Positions 32,273 through 42,443 of a stretch of 64,000 bases of DNA are shown here, piece by piece. Both the position numbers and the translations under genes were made by a program. The stretch's first letter is position 1, and the number at the start of each line of letters is the position of its first letter. Location: assembly GCF_020252405.1 (NCBI RefSeq), contig NZ_JADCDA010000008.1, positions 74,577 to 138,576 on the forward strand. The letters run 5' to 3'. This DNA comes from Aestuariivirga sp. Its GTDB lineage: Bacteria; Pseudomonadota; Alphaproteobacteria; Rhizobiales; Aestuariivirgaceae. Under the pieces are notes generated by a model that was not told the origin of the DNA, searched no databases, and worked only from the letters and a program-made list of their open reading frames with translations.

Positions 32273-33073
32273 ATGACCAATTCCTTGATGGCGGGCCGCC
32301 GCGGACTCATCATGGGCGTCGCGAATGACCATTCGATTGCCTGGGGCATCGCTCAGCAGCTCCACAGGCACGGAGCCGTGCTCGCCTTCACCTATCAGGG
32401 AGAAGCCTTCGGCAAGCGCGTGAAGCCGCTTGCCGAATCCGTTGGCTCCGCGGTGCTTCTGCCGTGCGACGTGGAGGACATCGGCACGGTCGATCAGGTG
32501 TTCGAAACCCTGAAGCAGAAATGGGGCAGCGTCGATTTCGTGGTGCACGCTATCGCCTTCTCGGACAAGAACGAACTTAAAGGTAAATATTCCGATACGA
32601 CGCGCGGGAACTTCATCCGCACCATGGTGATCTCGTGCTTCTCCTTCACCGAGATCGCCAGACGCGCGGCGGCTTTGATGCCGAATGGCGGTTCGCTGTT
32701 GACGCTGACCTATGGCGGGTCGGTGCGCGTTATGCCCAATTACAATGTTATGGGTGTGGCCAAGGCGGCCCTCGAATCCTCTGTGCGCTATCTCGCGGCG
32801 GACTACGGTCCGCAAGGCATTCGTGTGAACGCCATCTCGGCCGGTCCCATGCGCACACTGGCCGGTGCTGGCATCGGCGATGCACGGGCCATGTTCAGCT
32901 TCCAGCAGGATCACGCGCCTTTGCGCCGTACGATCACGCTGGATGAGGTCGGTGGTGCGGGTCTATACCTCCTGTCTTCACTTTCGGGCGGTGTCACCGG
33001 CGAAATCCACTATGTGGATTCGGGATACAACATCATCTCCATGCCACGCCCCGAAGACCTGAAGGCGGTTTGA
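32273..33073 (+). CDS. fabI: Enoyl-ACP reductase FabI
   Basis: GVANDHSIAWG, YNVMGVAKAALE, NAISAGP. Confidence 0.96.
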   Translation: MTNSLMAGRRGLIMGVANDHSIAWGIAQQLHRHGAVLAFTYQGEAFGKRVKPLAESVGSAVLLPCDVEDIGTVDQVFETLKQKWGSVDFVVHAIAFSDKNELKGKYSDTTRGNFIRTMVISCFSFTEIARRAAALMPNGGSLLTLTYGGSVRVMPNYNVMGVAKAALESSVRYLAADYGPQGIRVNAISAGPMRTLAGAGIGDARAMFSFQQDHAPLRRTITLDEVGGAGLYLLSSLSGGVTGEIHYVDSGYNIISMPRPEDLKAV

Positions 33074-33250
33074 GAGAACTCAGGGCAGGCTGATTGGATC
33101 AGGGACAGCGTCCTTCTGAGCGCCAGCCTGGAGGAAATTCTCGAAACGCTGTTCGTGGCCATCTGCATGGGGGCAGGGCCGCCGGTTATATGCTGGGTCC
33201 ACGCGCACCGGCGCCTACAGACCGATTGCGCAGGCGGGAGGCAAGACGGC

Positions 33251-34066
33251 CTACATGTCGATATAGTTTGAATGCATCAGCGAGGTGATGCTTGGATTTC
33301 GTCCGTTGAGCGGGTTATCGGGGTTCCAGGCGAGCTTCGTTTCGTAGAAGCGGGCCGCCAGCGCGTCATACATCAGCAGGCGGCCGGCGAGGCTTGCGCC
33401 AATTCCGAGGATTTCCTTGATGACTTCCATCGCCTGCATCGAACCAAGAATGCCGGGCAATGCACCGAGGATGCCGGCCTCCTCGCAAGCTGGAAACAGC
33501 CCGCGCGGAGGCAGTTCGCCCATCAGACAGCGGTAGCTGGGCCAAGGCGTGCCCTCGGGTGATGATGCGTGCGGCTTGAAGGTGGAGATCTGGCCATCGA
33601 ACTGTCCGACTGCCGCCGTCACCAGCGTCTTCTTCGCAAAGTAGCAGGCATCGCTGACGAGATAGCGCGTGGGGAAGTTGTCGCAGCCGTCCGCGACGAT
33701 GTCATAGCTCGAGATGATATCCAGCGCGTTCTCTGCGGTGATGCGACAGACATGTTCCACCACCTTAACATGCGGATTCAGGCCCTGCATGGTCTCTCGG
33801 GCGCTTGATGTTTTCGAAATGCCGACGCGTGCGCTTGTGTGGATAATCTGCCGCTGCAGGTTGGAGAGGCCCACCGTATCGTGATCGACGATGCCGATTG
33901 CGCCGATGCCGGCCGCCGCCAGATAGTAGAGCAACGGCGCGCCGAGGCCGCCAGCGCCCACGACGAGAACCTTGGAGTCCTTCAGCTTGCTCTGTCCCGG
34001 ACCGCCGACTTCATGCAGAACGAGATGGCGCGCATAGCGCTCGATCTCGTCGGGAGACAAAACCAT
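33251..34066 (-). CDS. moeB: MoeB/ThiF-family adenylyltransferase
   Basis: VGAGGLG, SNLQRQ, DGCDNF, PACEEAG. Confidence 0.9.
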   Translation of the reverse strand: MVLSPDEIERYARHLVLHEVGGPGQSKLKDSKVLVVGAGGLGAPLLYYLAAAGIGAIGIVDHDTVGLSNLQRQIIHTSARVGISKTSSARETMQGLNPHVKVVEHVCRITAENALDIISSYDIVADGCDNFPTRYLVSDACYFAKKTLVTAAVGQFDGQISTFKPHASSPEGTPWPSYRCLMGELPPRGLFPACEEAGILGALPGILGSMQAMEVIKEILGIGASLAGRLLMYDALAARFYETKLAWNPDNPLNGRNPSITSLMHSNYIDM

Positions 34067-34506
34067 CAGCGGTGTCCTGAGGAACCGAAGCCGCGGGCGC
34101 CCCGTGCCGTCTCGTCAAGCAGGTCCACTTCCGACCAACCGATGCGCGTCACGGAGGCGATCACCATCTGCGCGATGCGGTCGCCGCGGGCGATGGCGAA
34201 GTCATCCTGTCCGTGATTGATCAGCGGCACCTTAACCTCGCCCCGATAATCGCAGTCGATGGTGCCGGGCGAATTCAGAACTGTCACGCCGTGTTTCACG
34301 GCAAGGCCGGAACGCGACCGCACCTGGGCCTCATAACCTTCGGGCAGCGCTATGGACAATCCGGTCGGCACCAGGTGGCGTGCCCCGGGCTTCAGGATCA
34401 CGGCCTCGGCCGCCCGCAAGTCCATGCCCGCGGCGCCCGCTGTTTCATAGGCCGGCAGCGGGAGGTCTTCATTGTTCGGAAGCCGCTTGATCTCGACACG
34501 GATCAT
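34066..34506 (-). CDS. dut: dUTP diphosphatase
   Basis: [34 protein letters not shown]. Confidence 0.97.
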   Translation of the reverse strand: MIRVEIKRLPNNEDLPLPAYETAGAAGMDLRAAEAVILKPGARHLVPTGLSIALPEGYEAQVRSRSGLAVKHGVTVLNSPGTIDCDYRGEVKVPLINHGQDDFAIARGDRIAQMVIASVTRIGWSEVDLLDETARGARGFGSSGHR

Positions 34507-35726
34507 TCTGCGGCCTTCCGATCCGGCGCCAGCATCCGGGCAAGGCGCTCCATCAGCTTCCGCGCCACTTCATCCTTGCTCATGTTCGGCCAGTTCTCGA
34601 TTCCCGCAGTGGAGACGAGATGCACGGTATTCCGGTCGCCGCCGAACACGCCTGACTCCCTGCCGACGTCATTCGCGACGATGAGGTCACAGCCCTTGTT
34701 CTTTAGCTTCTCAGCGGCATGTTCCGTCACCTTCTCGGTTTCGGCGGCAAAGCCGACGACGATGCGGGGGCGCCTGGGATCGCGCGAAATCGTGGCGAGG
34801 ATATCCGGGTTCTCCGCAAGCGACAGACCGGGCGGCGCGTTTCCCGTCTTCTTGAGCTTTTCGGCAGCCTCCGCCGCCACACGCCAGTCCGCGACGGCGG
34901 CCGTGAAGACGGCGATGTCAGCTGGCAATTCGCCTTGGCAGATTTCAAGCATCTCCTGCGCAGTCTCGATGGGCATCATCTGGACGCCCGGCGGTATCGG
35001 CAGGGAGACCGGGCCGGAGACCAGGATCGTCTCGGCGCCGAGTTCCACCGCCGCCCTGGCGATGGCATAACCCTGCTTGCCCGAAGAATAGTTGGAGATG
35101 AAGCGCACCGGATCGATCGGTTCGCGGGTCGGTCCGGCAGTGATCAACACCTTTTTCCCCGCCAGCGGCTGTGCCCTGGGCTTCAGCATGCCCACGATAG
35201 CCGCGAGAATCTCGTCGGGTTCCGCCATGCGACCGGGGCCGAATTCACCACAGGCCATCTCGCCGTCATTGGGACCGGTCAGAGCAAGGCCGTCGCGCTT
35301 CAGTGTCTCCACGTTGCGCACGGTGGCCGGGTGCCGCCACATGCGCAGGTTCATCGCCGGGGCAATCAGCACAGGCTTGTCCGTGGCGAGAAGAGTGGTG
35401 GTGGCGAGGTCGCCGGCGAGGCCGTTGGCCATCTTGGCTATCAGGTCCGCCGTTGCCGGCGCAACGACGACAAGGTCCGCCGCACGGGAGAGCTGGATAT
35501 GGCCCATTTCCACTTCATCGGTCAGGCTGAACAGCGAGGTATGGACCTTCTCCCCCGACAGCGAGGCGAGAGACAGGGGCGTCACGAACTGTTCGGCCGC
35601 CTTGGTCAAAATGATGCGGATGGCAGCGCCCCGGGTTTTCAGCAGGCGAACCAACTCATGCGCCTTGTAGGCGGCAATGCCGCCGCCGACGATGAGGAGG
35701 ACCGATTTTCCCGCAAGCGAGGTCAT
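34503..35726 (-). CDS. coaBC: Bifunctional CoaBC (Dfp)
   Basis: [47 protein letters not shown]. Confidence 0.97.
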   Translation of the reverse strand: MTSLAGKSVLLIVGGGIAAYKAHELVRLLKTRGAAIRIILTKAAEQFVTPLSLASLSGEKVHTSLFSLTDEVEMGHIQLSRAADLVVVAPATADLIAKMANGLAGDLATTTLLATDKPVLIAPAMNLRMWRHPATVRNVETLKRDGLALTGPNDGEMACGEFGPGRMAEPDEILAAIVGMLKPRAQPLAGKKVLITAGPTREPIDPVRFISNYSSGKQGYAIARAAVELGAETILVSGPVSLPIPPGVQMMPIETAQEMLEICQGELPADIAVFTAAVADWRVAAEAAEKLKKTGNAPPGLSLAENPDILATISRDPRRPRIVVGFAAETEKVTEHAAEKLKNKGCDLIVANDVGRESGVFGGDRNTVHLVSTAGIENWPNMSKDEVARKLMERLARMLAPDRKAAE

Positions 35727-35767
35727 GACCTATTATGACAGCAAAGGCTTCAACCTGCCAACCGCCC

Positions 35768-37330
35768 TCAGGTGATGAGCTTAATGGCGATGGCGGCGAG
35801 CGAAACGGCGCCCAGGGCGAGCCAGAAGCGAGTCCACCGGGCATGGCGGGCCTGGGAAAGGGCCAATTGCTCCGTCGTCTCCCGGTCGAGCCTCAGGCCT
35901 CCGGTCGCGGCCATAGCCGAGAGCATGGTTGTGGCGCGTTTGGCGTCCGCCAGCATGGCGGGAAGGCCGGCAAAAATCTGGCCCAGTGAACCCGCCGCCT
36001 CCTCCAGCTTGCCTGCAGGTCCAAGCTTGCGCTTGATCCAGCCGCCGACCACCGGTTCCGCGGTCACCCACATATTCAGATCCGGGTTCAGCGTGCGCGC
36101 CACGCCCTCGACCACCACCATGGTCTTCTGCAGCAGCAAGAGCTGGGGCTGGGCTTGCATGTCAAACTGGGCGGTGATTTCGAACAGCTGGGTGAGCAGC
36201 CGCGCCATGGAAATCTGGTTCGCCGGCCGGTCCATGATCGGCTCGCCGATGGAGCGGATTGCCTGAGCGAAGACGGCTGGATCATGGTGGCGGGGCACGT
36301 AGCCTGCCTCGAAGTGTACTTCGCTCACCCGCAGGTAATTCCGCGTGATGAAGCCATAAAGAATTTCAGCCAGGAACATGCTCTCCTTCGGTCCGAGCCT
36401 GCCGACAATGCCGAAATCGACGGCGACGAGATTGCCGGAGCGATCGACGAACAGGTTGCCCTGGTGCATGTCGGCGTGAAAGAAGCCGTCGCGGATCGCG
36501 TGGCGCAGGAAGCTCTGGATCACCGTGTCGCCGAGCTTCACCAGGTCAAAACCCTGCGCCCGCAGCGCTTCGACATCGGCAATCGGCGTGCCATCGATCC
36601 ATTCGGTGGTGAGAACGTCGCGGCCGGTGCGTTCCCAGTTCACCCTCGGCACGCGAAAGCCGGGATCGTTCTTGGTATTCTGCGCCATTTCCGATAGTGC
36701 CGCCGCCTCCATGCGCAGGTCGAGTTCCTGCCGCATGGATTGCTCCAGCATGTGCACGGCGGCAACCGGGCGCAGCCGGCGGCCCTCGGCACTGAAGCGC
36801 TCCATCAGGCGCGCCGCAAAATAGAAGCTGCCGAGATCGGCGGCGAAGCGCTTGCCGACACCTGGCCGCAAAACTTTAACTGCGAATTCGCTGCCATCCG
36901 CACCGCGCGCCTTATGCACCTGGGCGATGGAGGCGGCCGCGACTGGCGGCCCGAACGCGGTGAACAGCACCTCAACGGGTGCGCCCAGGTTGCTGCGGAT
37001 GATTTCCCTGGCAGTCTCGGTGGGAAAAGGCGGCAGCCTGTCCTGGAGGGCCTTCAGCTCGAAAGCACGCCGCGGACCCACGAGATCAGGGCGTGTCGCC
37101 AGGAACTGGCCAAGCTTGATGTAGCTGGGGCCGAGCGAGGATAGGGCGGCAGCCACCGCCATGTCGCCGTTGTTTTCGGGTTTTCGGGTTCCGAACCTGG
37201 CAATGGACAGCCCGAGCCGTGCCGCCCAGGGGAGCTGGCGGATCTGCTCCGGCGTCATCAGCGCGTCATAGGCCGCCAGCGTGCGGCCCGCACGCAGAAG
37301 GGCGAGGCTGTGCCGGATTTGTGAATACAT
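35768..37330 (-). CDS. ubiB: Ubiquinone biosynthesis atypical kinase UbiB
   Basis: LGPSYIKLGQ, AAASIAQVH, AVKVLRP, FFHADMHQGN, DFGIVG. Confidence 0.95.
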   Translation of the reverse strand: MYSQIRHSLALLRAGRTLAAYDALMTPEQIRQLPWAARLGLSIARFGTRKPENNGDMAVAAALSSLGPSYIKLGQFLATRPDLVGPRRAFELKALQDRLPPFPTETAREIIRSNLGAPVEVLFTAFGPPVAAASIAQVHKARGADGSEFAVKVLRPGVGKRFAADLGSFYFAARLMERFSAEGRRLRPVAAVHMLEQSMRQELDLRMEAAALSEMAQNTKNDPGFRVPRVNWERTGRDVLTTEWIDGTPIADVEALRAQGFDLVKLGDTVIQSFLRHAIRDGFFHADMHQGNLFVDRSGNLVAVDFGIVGRLGPKESMFLAEILYGFITRNYLRVSEVHFEAGYVPRHHDPAVFAQAIRSIGEPIMDRPANQISMARLLTQLFEITAQFDMQAQPQLLLLQKTMVVVEGVARTLNPDLNMWVTAEPVVGGWIKRKLGPAGKLEEAAGSLGQIFAGLPAMLADAKRATTMLSAMAATGGLRLDRETTEQLALSQARHARWTRFWLALGAVSLAAIAIKLIT

Positions 37331-38115
37331 CAGATGCGCCAGCCCGAATGGATCGCCACCACGCCGCCCGTCAGGTTGCGGTAGCTGACATTGGCGAAGC
37401 CCGCATTCTCGATCATTGCCTTGAAGTCGTCCTGCTTCGGGAAGGTACGGATCGACTCGACAAGATAGCGATAGGGACTGCCATCCCCGGTCACCACCTT
37501 GCCGATGGCGGGAACGACGGTGAAGGAATAAGCGTCGTAGATATTGTCCATCAGCGGCACGTCCATCTGGCTGAATTCGAGGCAGAGAAAACGTCCACCG
37601 GGCCTCAGCACGCGGTGCGCCTCCGCCAGAGCCTTGTCGATGTGAGTAACGTTGCGAATGCCGAAGGCGATGGTGTACCCGTCGAAGGCCTTGTCCGGAA
37701 AGGCCAGCGCCTCGGCATTGCCGACGGTGAAGCCGCAGCGTCCCAGCAGGCCTTCCGCCTCAGCGCGCTTTCTGCCCTCGTCCACCATTTCAGGTGAAAT
37801 GTCGGCGACCGTCACGCGCACATTGGGACCACCCGACCGCAGGATACGGAAGGCAATGTCGCCCGTGCCGCCTGCCACGTCGAGGTGATTGAAGTCCGCC
37901 TGCCCACGCGGCGGGTTGAGCATGGCCACCAAGTCGTCCTTCCACAGCCGGTGCAGGCCGCCGGACATGAGATCGTTCATCTGGTCATAGCGCTCTGCGA
38001 CCTTGGAGAAGACCTCGTTCACCAAGCCCTGCTTCTCGGCCTCACCCACGCGGCGGAAACCGAACGCGACGTCCTGTTCGTTGTTCTTGTCTGTCATGGG
38101 AGAAGCTTTAGCCAT
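37330..38115 (-). CDS. ubiE: Ubiquinone/menaquinone C-methyltransferase UbiE
   Basis: [40 protein letters not shown]; alternative start at 38097. Confidence 0.96.
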   Translation of the reverse strand: MAKASPMTDKNNEQDVAFGFRRVGEAEKQGLVNEVFSKVAERYDQMNDLMSGGLHRLWKDDLVAMLNPPRGQADFNHLDVAGGTGDIAFRILRSGGPNVRVTVADISPEMVDEGRKRAEAEGLLGRCGFTVGNAEALAFPDKAFDGYTIAFGIRNVTHIDKALAEAHRVLRPGGRFLCLEFSQMDVPLMDNIYDAYSFTVVPAIGKVVTGDGSPYRYLVESIRTFPKQDDFKAMIENAGFANVSYRNLTGGVVAIHSGWRI

Positions 38116-38121
38116 AATTCT

Positions 38122-39678
38122 TCAGCGTTTCAGCATCGACTTCAATTCCGAGAGCCGCATGGCACCCGTCAGGTGCGCCAGCACGAAATAGCTGACGATG
38201 CCGCCGCAAACGAGTACCGCAAGCCCCCAGGCGGCGGCCAGAAAACCCGCGTGTTCGGCATAATTGCCCTCCAGTGCCCAGGCCCCGGCCAGCAGCAGCC
38301 CGCCCATACCAAGCCCGGATGCGACAATCCGCGGCAGGCGGTGTCGGGCTCTCTCGTCGAGGGAGAAGAGCCCCCGGCGGGACAGGGTGACGCCCAGCAG
38401 GATGGTGTTGGTCCAGGCGGCCAGCGAAGTGGCGAGCGCGATGCCGACATGGCCCATGACGTGGGACAGGACGAGGCTGCCCACCACGTTGACGCCGACG
38501 GAGATCACGGCAAACTGCATTGGCGTTCTGGTGTCCTCGCGGGCGTAGAAGCCGGGCTGGAACACCTTGGAAAGTGAAAAGGCAACGAGGCCGGAGGCGA
38601 ACGCCAGGAGAGCCGGCGCCACGGCGAAGGTGTCCGCCCGCGTGAAGGCGCCATGTTCGAAAACCGTGTGGATGATGGGGTGCGGAACAGCCATCAGCGC
38701 AATTGCCGCAGGCAGCGTCAGAAACATGGAAAGTTCCAGCGCTCGGTTTTGGCTGGACAGCGCGCCCGCCTCGTTTCCCGCGCGCAGCTTGCGGGACAGG
38801 TCGGGCAGCAACACCACGCCGATCGCCACGCCGATGACCCCGAGCGGCAGCTGGTAGAGACGGTCAGCATAATAGAGGAAGGCCACGGCTCCCGGCAAGG
38901 TGGTGGCGATCATGGTGGCAACCACGAGGTTGATCTGCATGACCCCGCCCGAGATAATGCCCGGAATCGAGAGTGTGATGACCTTTTTCACATCCGGCGT
39001 CAGACGCGGCCAGCGCGGCACGAGGCGCATGTCCGCCCGCCTGCAGGCGATGGCGAGCAGCGCATATTGCGCGATGCCCGAGGCAAAGAGGCCCCAGGCA
39101 AAAATGTAACCGGTTTTCGGTGTATTGCCCGTGGCCATGAGCCACGCCACCAAGTTGGAAGCAATCATCACGACATTCAGCAGGATTGGCGCTGCCGCGG
39201 CCGCGGTAAACCTGTTGAGGCTGTTGAGCACCCCCGACTGCAGTGCCGTCAGCGACATGAAGAGGAGGTAGGGGAAACAGATGCGGGTTAAGTCCACCGC
39301 CAGCTGGAAGGTTTCTCCACTGGCGTGAAAGCCGGGAGCGATCACATAAATCACCAGTGGCATGGCGATCATCGCCGCAGCCGAAAAGACGATCAGCCAG
39401 GCCAACAGGAAGGAGAAGACCTCGATGGCAAAATCCCGCGCCCTGGCCTCGCCATCGCTCTCCACGCGCTTGGCGAACAGCGGTACGAAGGCGTTGTTGA
39501 AGGCGCCCTCGGCGAACAGCGCACGGAACAGATTGGGAAAGCGCTGCGCGACGAAGAACGCCTCGGCAACGAAACTTGTTCCCAGGGCGAAGGCGATGAG
39601 CTGGTCGCGGACGAAGCCGAGCAGGCGGCTCACCAAGGTGAGGCTGCCGACGGTCGCGGCAGATCTGAGCATCGACAT
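38122..39678 (-). CDS. murJ: Lipid II flippase MurJ (MviN)
   Basis: SRLLGFVRD, FPNLFRALFAEGAF, YADRLYQLPLG. Confidence 0.96.
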   Translation of the reverse strand: MSMLRSAATVGSLTLVSRLLGFVRDQLIAFALGTSFVAEAFFVAQRFPNLFRALFAEGAFNNAFVPLFAKRVESDGEARARDFAIEVFSFLLAWLIVFSAAAMIAMPLVIYVIAPGFHASGETFQLAVDLTRICFPYLLFMSLTALQSGVLNSLNRFTAAAAAPILLNVVMIASNLVAWLMATGNTPKTGYIFAWGLFASGIAQYALLAIACRRADMRLVPRWPRLTPDVKKVITLSIPGIISGGVMQINLVVATMIATTLPGAVAFLYYADRLYQLPLGVIGVAIGVVLLPDLSRKLRAGNEAGALSSQNRALELSMFLTLPAAIALMAVPHPIIHTVFEHGAFTRADTFAVAPALLAFASGLVAFSLSKVFQPGFYAREDTRTPMQFAVISVGVNVVGSLVLSHVMGHVGIALATSLAAWTNTILLGVTLSRRGLFSLDERARHRLPRIVASGLGMGGLLLAGAWALEGNYAEHAGFLAAAWGLAVLVCGGIVSYFVLAHLTGAMRLSELKSMLKR

Positions 39679-39683
39679 GGATC

Positions 39684-42443
39684 TCAAGCCTTCATTGGAG
39701 CTTGCGCCGCCGGTTTGAGGATGTTGCCCAGCGCGTTCTCGATCTGCCTGTGGCGCGTGGCGTTCTCGATTTTGGCTCCTGTCAGGTCGGTGACATAGAA
39801 GACGTCCACCGCCTTCTCGCCAAAGGTCGTGACATGAGCTGATGCGATGTTGAGGTTAAGCTTGTAGAGCGCTTCGGTGAGATCGTAGAGCAGGCCGATG
39901 CGGTCCAGCCCGTTGATTTCGATGACCGTAAAGCGGTTTGAAGACTGATTGTCGATGATGACGCGCGGCTCCACCGTGAACGCCTTGATGCGCTGCTGCG
40001 GTTTGTGGGCCCTGGCCACGGCTTCCTTCAGCCATAATTCGCCGCGCAGCGCCTTGCGCACCAGTTCGGCGATGCGCTCCGCCCTGCGGCGCTCGTCCTC
40101 CTCCTCGGGGAATTCGCGCTGGATCAGAATGGTGTCCAGCGCCATGCCGTCGGTGGTGGTGAAGATCTGCGCTCCGGCGATGTTGGCGCCTGCCGCCGCA
40201 CAGGCGCCGGTGATCAGAGCCAGGAGCCGCGGGTGGTCCGGCGTATAGATCGACAGTTCGGTGATCGCGGTGAAAGCATCGGTCTCGAAGCTGGTGACCA
40301 CGCTCTTCGGCGCGGCGCCGCCAATCATTCCGGCATGCTTCACCTGCTTGTCGGTGGAGCTGCCGAGCCAATAAGCGTCGTAGTGCCGTGCTGCGTAGGC
40401 TGATTTCTGCTCGCCGGTCCAGCCGGGCAAACGTTCGAAGAAGGCGGCCTGTGCGCCCGCCACGCGCTCCTTCCGGGACACCGCGGTGTGGCCGCCCGTC
40501 AGCACCGGTTCGGCTTCGGCGTAGAGCGTGCGCAACAGCTGACCTTTCCAGCCGTTCCACACGCCGGGTCCGACGGCGCGAATATCGGCGACGGTGAGAA
40601 TGAGCAGGAGTTTCAGGCGTTCGACGCTTTGCACCACCGCGCAAAAATCAAGGATCGTTTTGAAATCGTTGAGATCCCGCATCTGAGCGGTTTCGCTCAT
40701 CAGCAAATGATGGCGGATGAGCCATGCGACGGTTTCCGTCTCCGACGCCGTGAGCCCCAGCCGTGGGCAGAGCTCCAGCGCGATGCGTTCACCGGCGATG
40801 GAATGATCCTCCTTCCGTCCCTTCGCGATGTCATGCAGGAAGACAGCGACATATAGAAGGCGGCGGCTGGTGATTGTCGGGAAGATTGCGGTGGACAGTG
40901 GGTGGTCATCCGACAGCCGCCCGCGCTCGATGGCGGAAAGGTGGCCCACCGCCCTGATGAGGTGTTCGTCCACCGTATAGTGATGATACATGTTGAACTG
41001 CATCAGCGCCACGATCCGGCCGAAGGGCGGAATGAAACGGCCGAGCACGCCCGCCTCGTTCATCATGCGCAGAACGATGTCCGGATCCTCGATGGCGGTG
41101 AGCAGTTCGAGAAAGATCGCGTTTGCCTCCGGATCGTCGAGAATGTCGCGGAGGAGACCAAGCGACTTCCTCAGCAGCTTCAGCGTGTCCGGATGAATCT
41201 CGGCTCCGTGGCGGCCGGCGGCGGCGAAGAGCCGAATGATGTTGACCGGATTTCGTGCGAAGATATCGGGTGAGCTTGGCGCCACACGGCCGCCCTCCAC
41301 CCGGAAGTCGGGTGCGTCGCGCAGCGTGCCGGAACTCCTGGAGATGAGACGGCCGAGCACGCGGCCGAGGCCGGGCACATCCTTCATCTGCCGTGCTTCG
41401 AGGCTCGCACACAGGATGCGCGTCAGGTCGCCCACGTCCTTGGCGACCAGAAAGTAGTGCTTCATGAAGCGTTCGACGTGCTTCAATCCGCCATGCGACC
41501 TGTAGCCGAGCCGCTCCGCGATGTCGGACTGACGGTCGAAGCTCAGGCGGTCATTGCCGCGCTTCGACAGGAAATGCAGGTGGCAGCGCACCGCCCAGAG
41601 CAGGCGCTCGCATTTCTTGAAGATTGAGAGTTCATCCTGGCTGAATGCGCCTTTCTCCGCCAGCTCGTCGGTCGAGTTCGTGGCGTAGATGTACTTGGCG
41701 ATCCAGAACAGCGTGTTGAGGTCGCGAAGCCCGCCCTTGCCATCCTTCACGTCTGGTTCGACGATGTAGCGGCTCTCGCCCACCTTCAGGTGGCGGAGGT
41801 CACGTTCGCCCAGCTTGTCCGCAATGAATTCCCTGGCCCCCTTGGACACGATCTCGCGCCGGAATTCGCTGACCAGCCGATCGAACAGCATTTCGTCGCC
41901 GCAAATGTAGCGCGCCTCGAGAATGGCGGTAAGAATGGTGTTGTCCGACTTCGCGAGGCGGATGCATTCATCGATGCTGCGCGTTGCGTGTCCTACCTTC
42001 TGGCGCGTGTCCCACAGGCAGTAGAGGATGAACTCGACGATGTTCCGCACCCGCTCTGTCTGGCGGGCCGGCAGCACGAAGAGCAGATCGATGTCGGAAC
42101 CGGGCGCCAGCGTGCCACGGCCGTAGCCACCCACCGCGACGATGGCGATCCGCTCCTCTCCGCCGCGGGCGGGGAACAGCGTGGTGCAGGCCAAATCGAA
42201 CAGGCTGCGGATGAGTTCGTCTTCGGAAAGGCTTAGTGACTCGGCACAGCGTGTTCCGTCGCCATCGGCGATGAGCTGATTCTCGGCGAGCGCTTGAGAG
42301 TGTTCGAGCGCCGCCTTCAGCGCCCTCACGATATTGGGGCGCAGGTTGGTCTTGTTCGTGCCTGCATCGGCAGCCGCAGCCGCAAGCTGGTCGCGCAGCT
42401 GGTCAAGCTTCACGGAGGAACCGGTTGCAAGGGCTGTCCTCAC
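39684..42443 (-). CDS. glnD: [Protein-PII] uridylyltransferase GlnD
   Basis: AVGGYGRG..SDIDL, GGLRD, YHHYTVDEH, HDIAKG, two C-terminal ACT domains. Confidence 0.96.
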   Translation of the reverse strand: MRTALATGSSVKLDQLRDQLAAAAADAGTNKTNLRPNIVRALKAALEHSQALAENQLIADGDGTRCAESLSLSEDELIRSLFDLACTTLFPARGGEERIAIVAVGGYGRGTLAPGSDIDLLFVLPARQTERVRNIVEFILYCLWDTRQKVGHATRSIDECIRLAKSDNTILTAILEARYICGDEMLFDRLVSEFRREIVSKGAREFIADKLGERDLRHLKVGESRYIVEPDVKDGKGGLRDLNTLFWIAKYIYATNSTDELAEKGAFSQDELSIFKKCERLLWAVRCHLHFLSKRGNDRLSFDRQSDIAERLGYRSHGGLKHVERFMKHYFLVAKDVGDLTRILCASLEARQMKDVPGLGRVLGRLISRSSGTLRDAPDFRVEGGRVAPSSPDIFARNPVNIIRLFAAAGRHGAEIHPDTLKLLRKSLGLLRDILDDPEANAIFLELLTAIEDPDIVLRMMNEAGVLGRFIPPFGRIVALMQFNMYHHYTVDEHLIRAVGHLSAIERGRLSDDHPLSTAIFPTITSRRLLYVAVFLHDIAKGRKEDHSIAGERIALELCPRLGLTASETETVAWLIRHHLLMSETAQMRDLNDFKTILDFCAVVQSVERLKLLLILTVADIRAVGPGVWNGWKGQLLRTLYAEAEPVLTGGHTAVSRKERVAGAQAAFFERLPGWTGEQKSAYAARHYDAYWLGSSTDKQVKHAGMIGGAAPKSVVTSFETDAFTAITELSIYTPDHPRLLALITGACAAAGANIAGAQIFTTTDGMALDTILIQREFPEEEDERRRAERIAELVRKALRGELWLKEAVARAHKPQQRIKAFTVEPRVIIDNQSSNRFTVIEINGLDRIGLLYDLTEALYKLNLNIASAHVTTFGEKAVDVFYVTDLTGAKIENATRHRQIENALGNILKPAAQAPMKA

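Noticed and set aside
33074-33271. 65 open codons in frame after the fabI TGA (possible read-through)
   Set aside because: An open stretch of this length is unremarkable at this GC content, with no recoding signal or recognisable domain.
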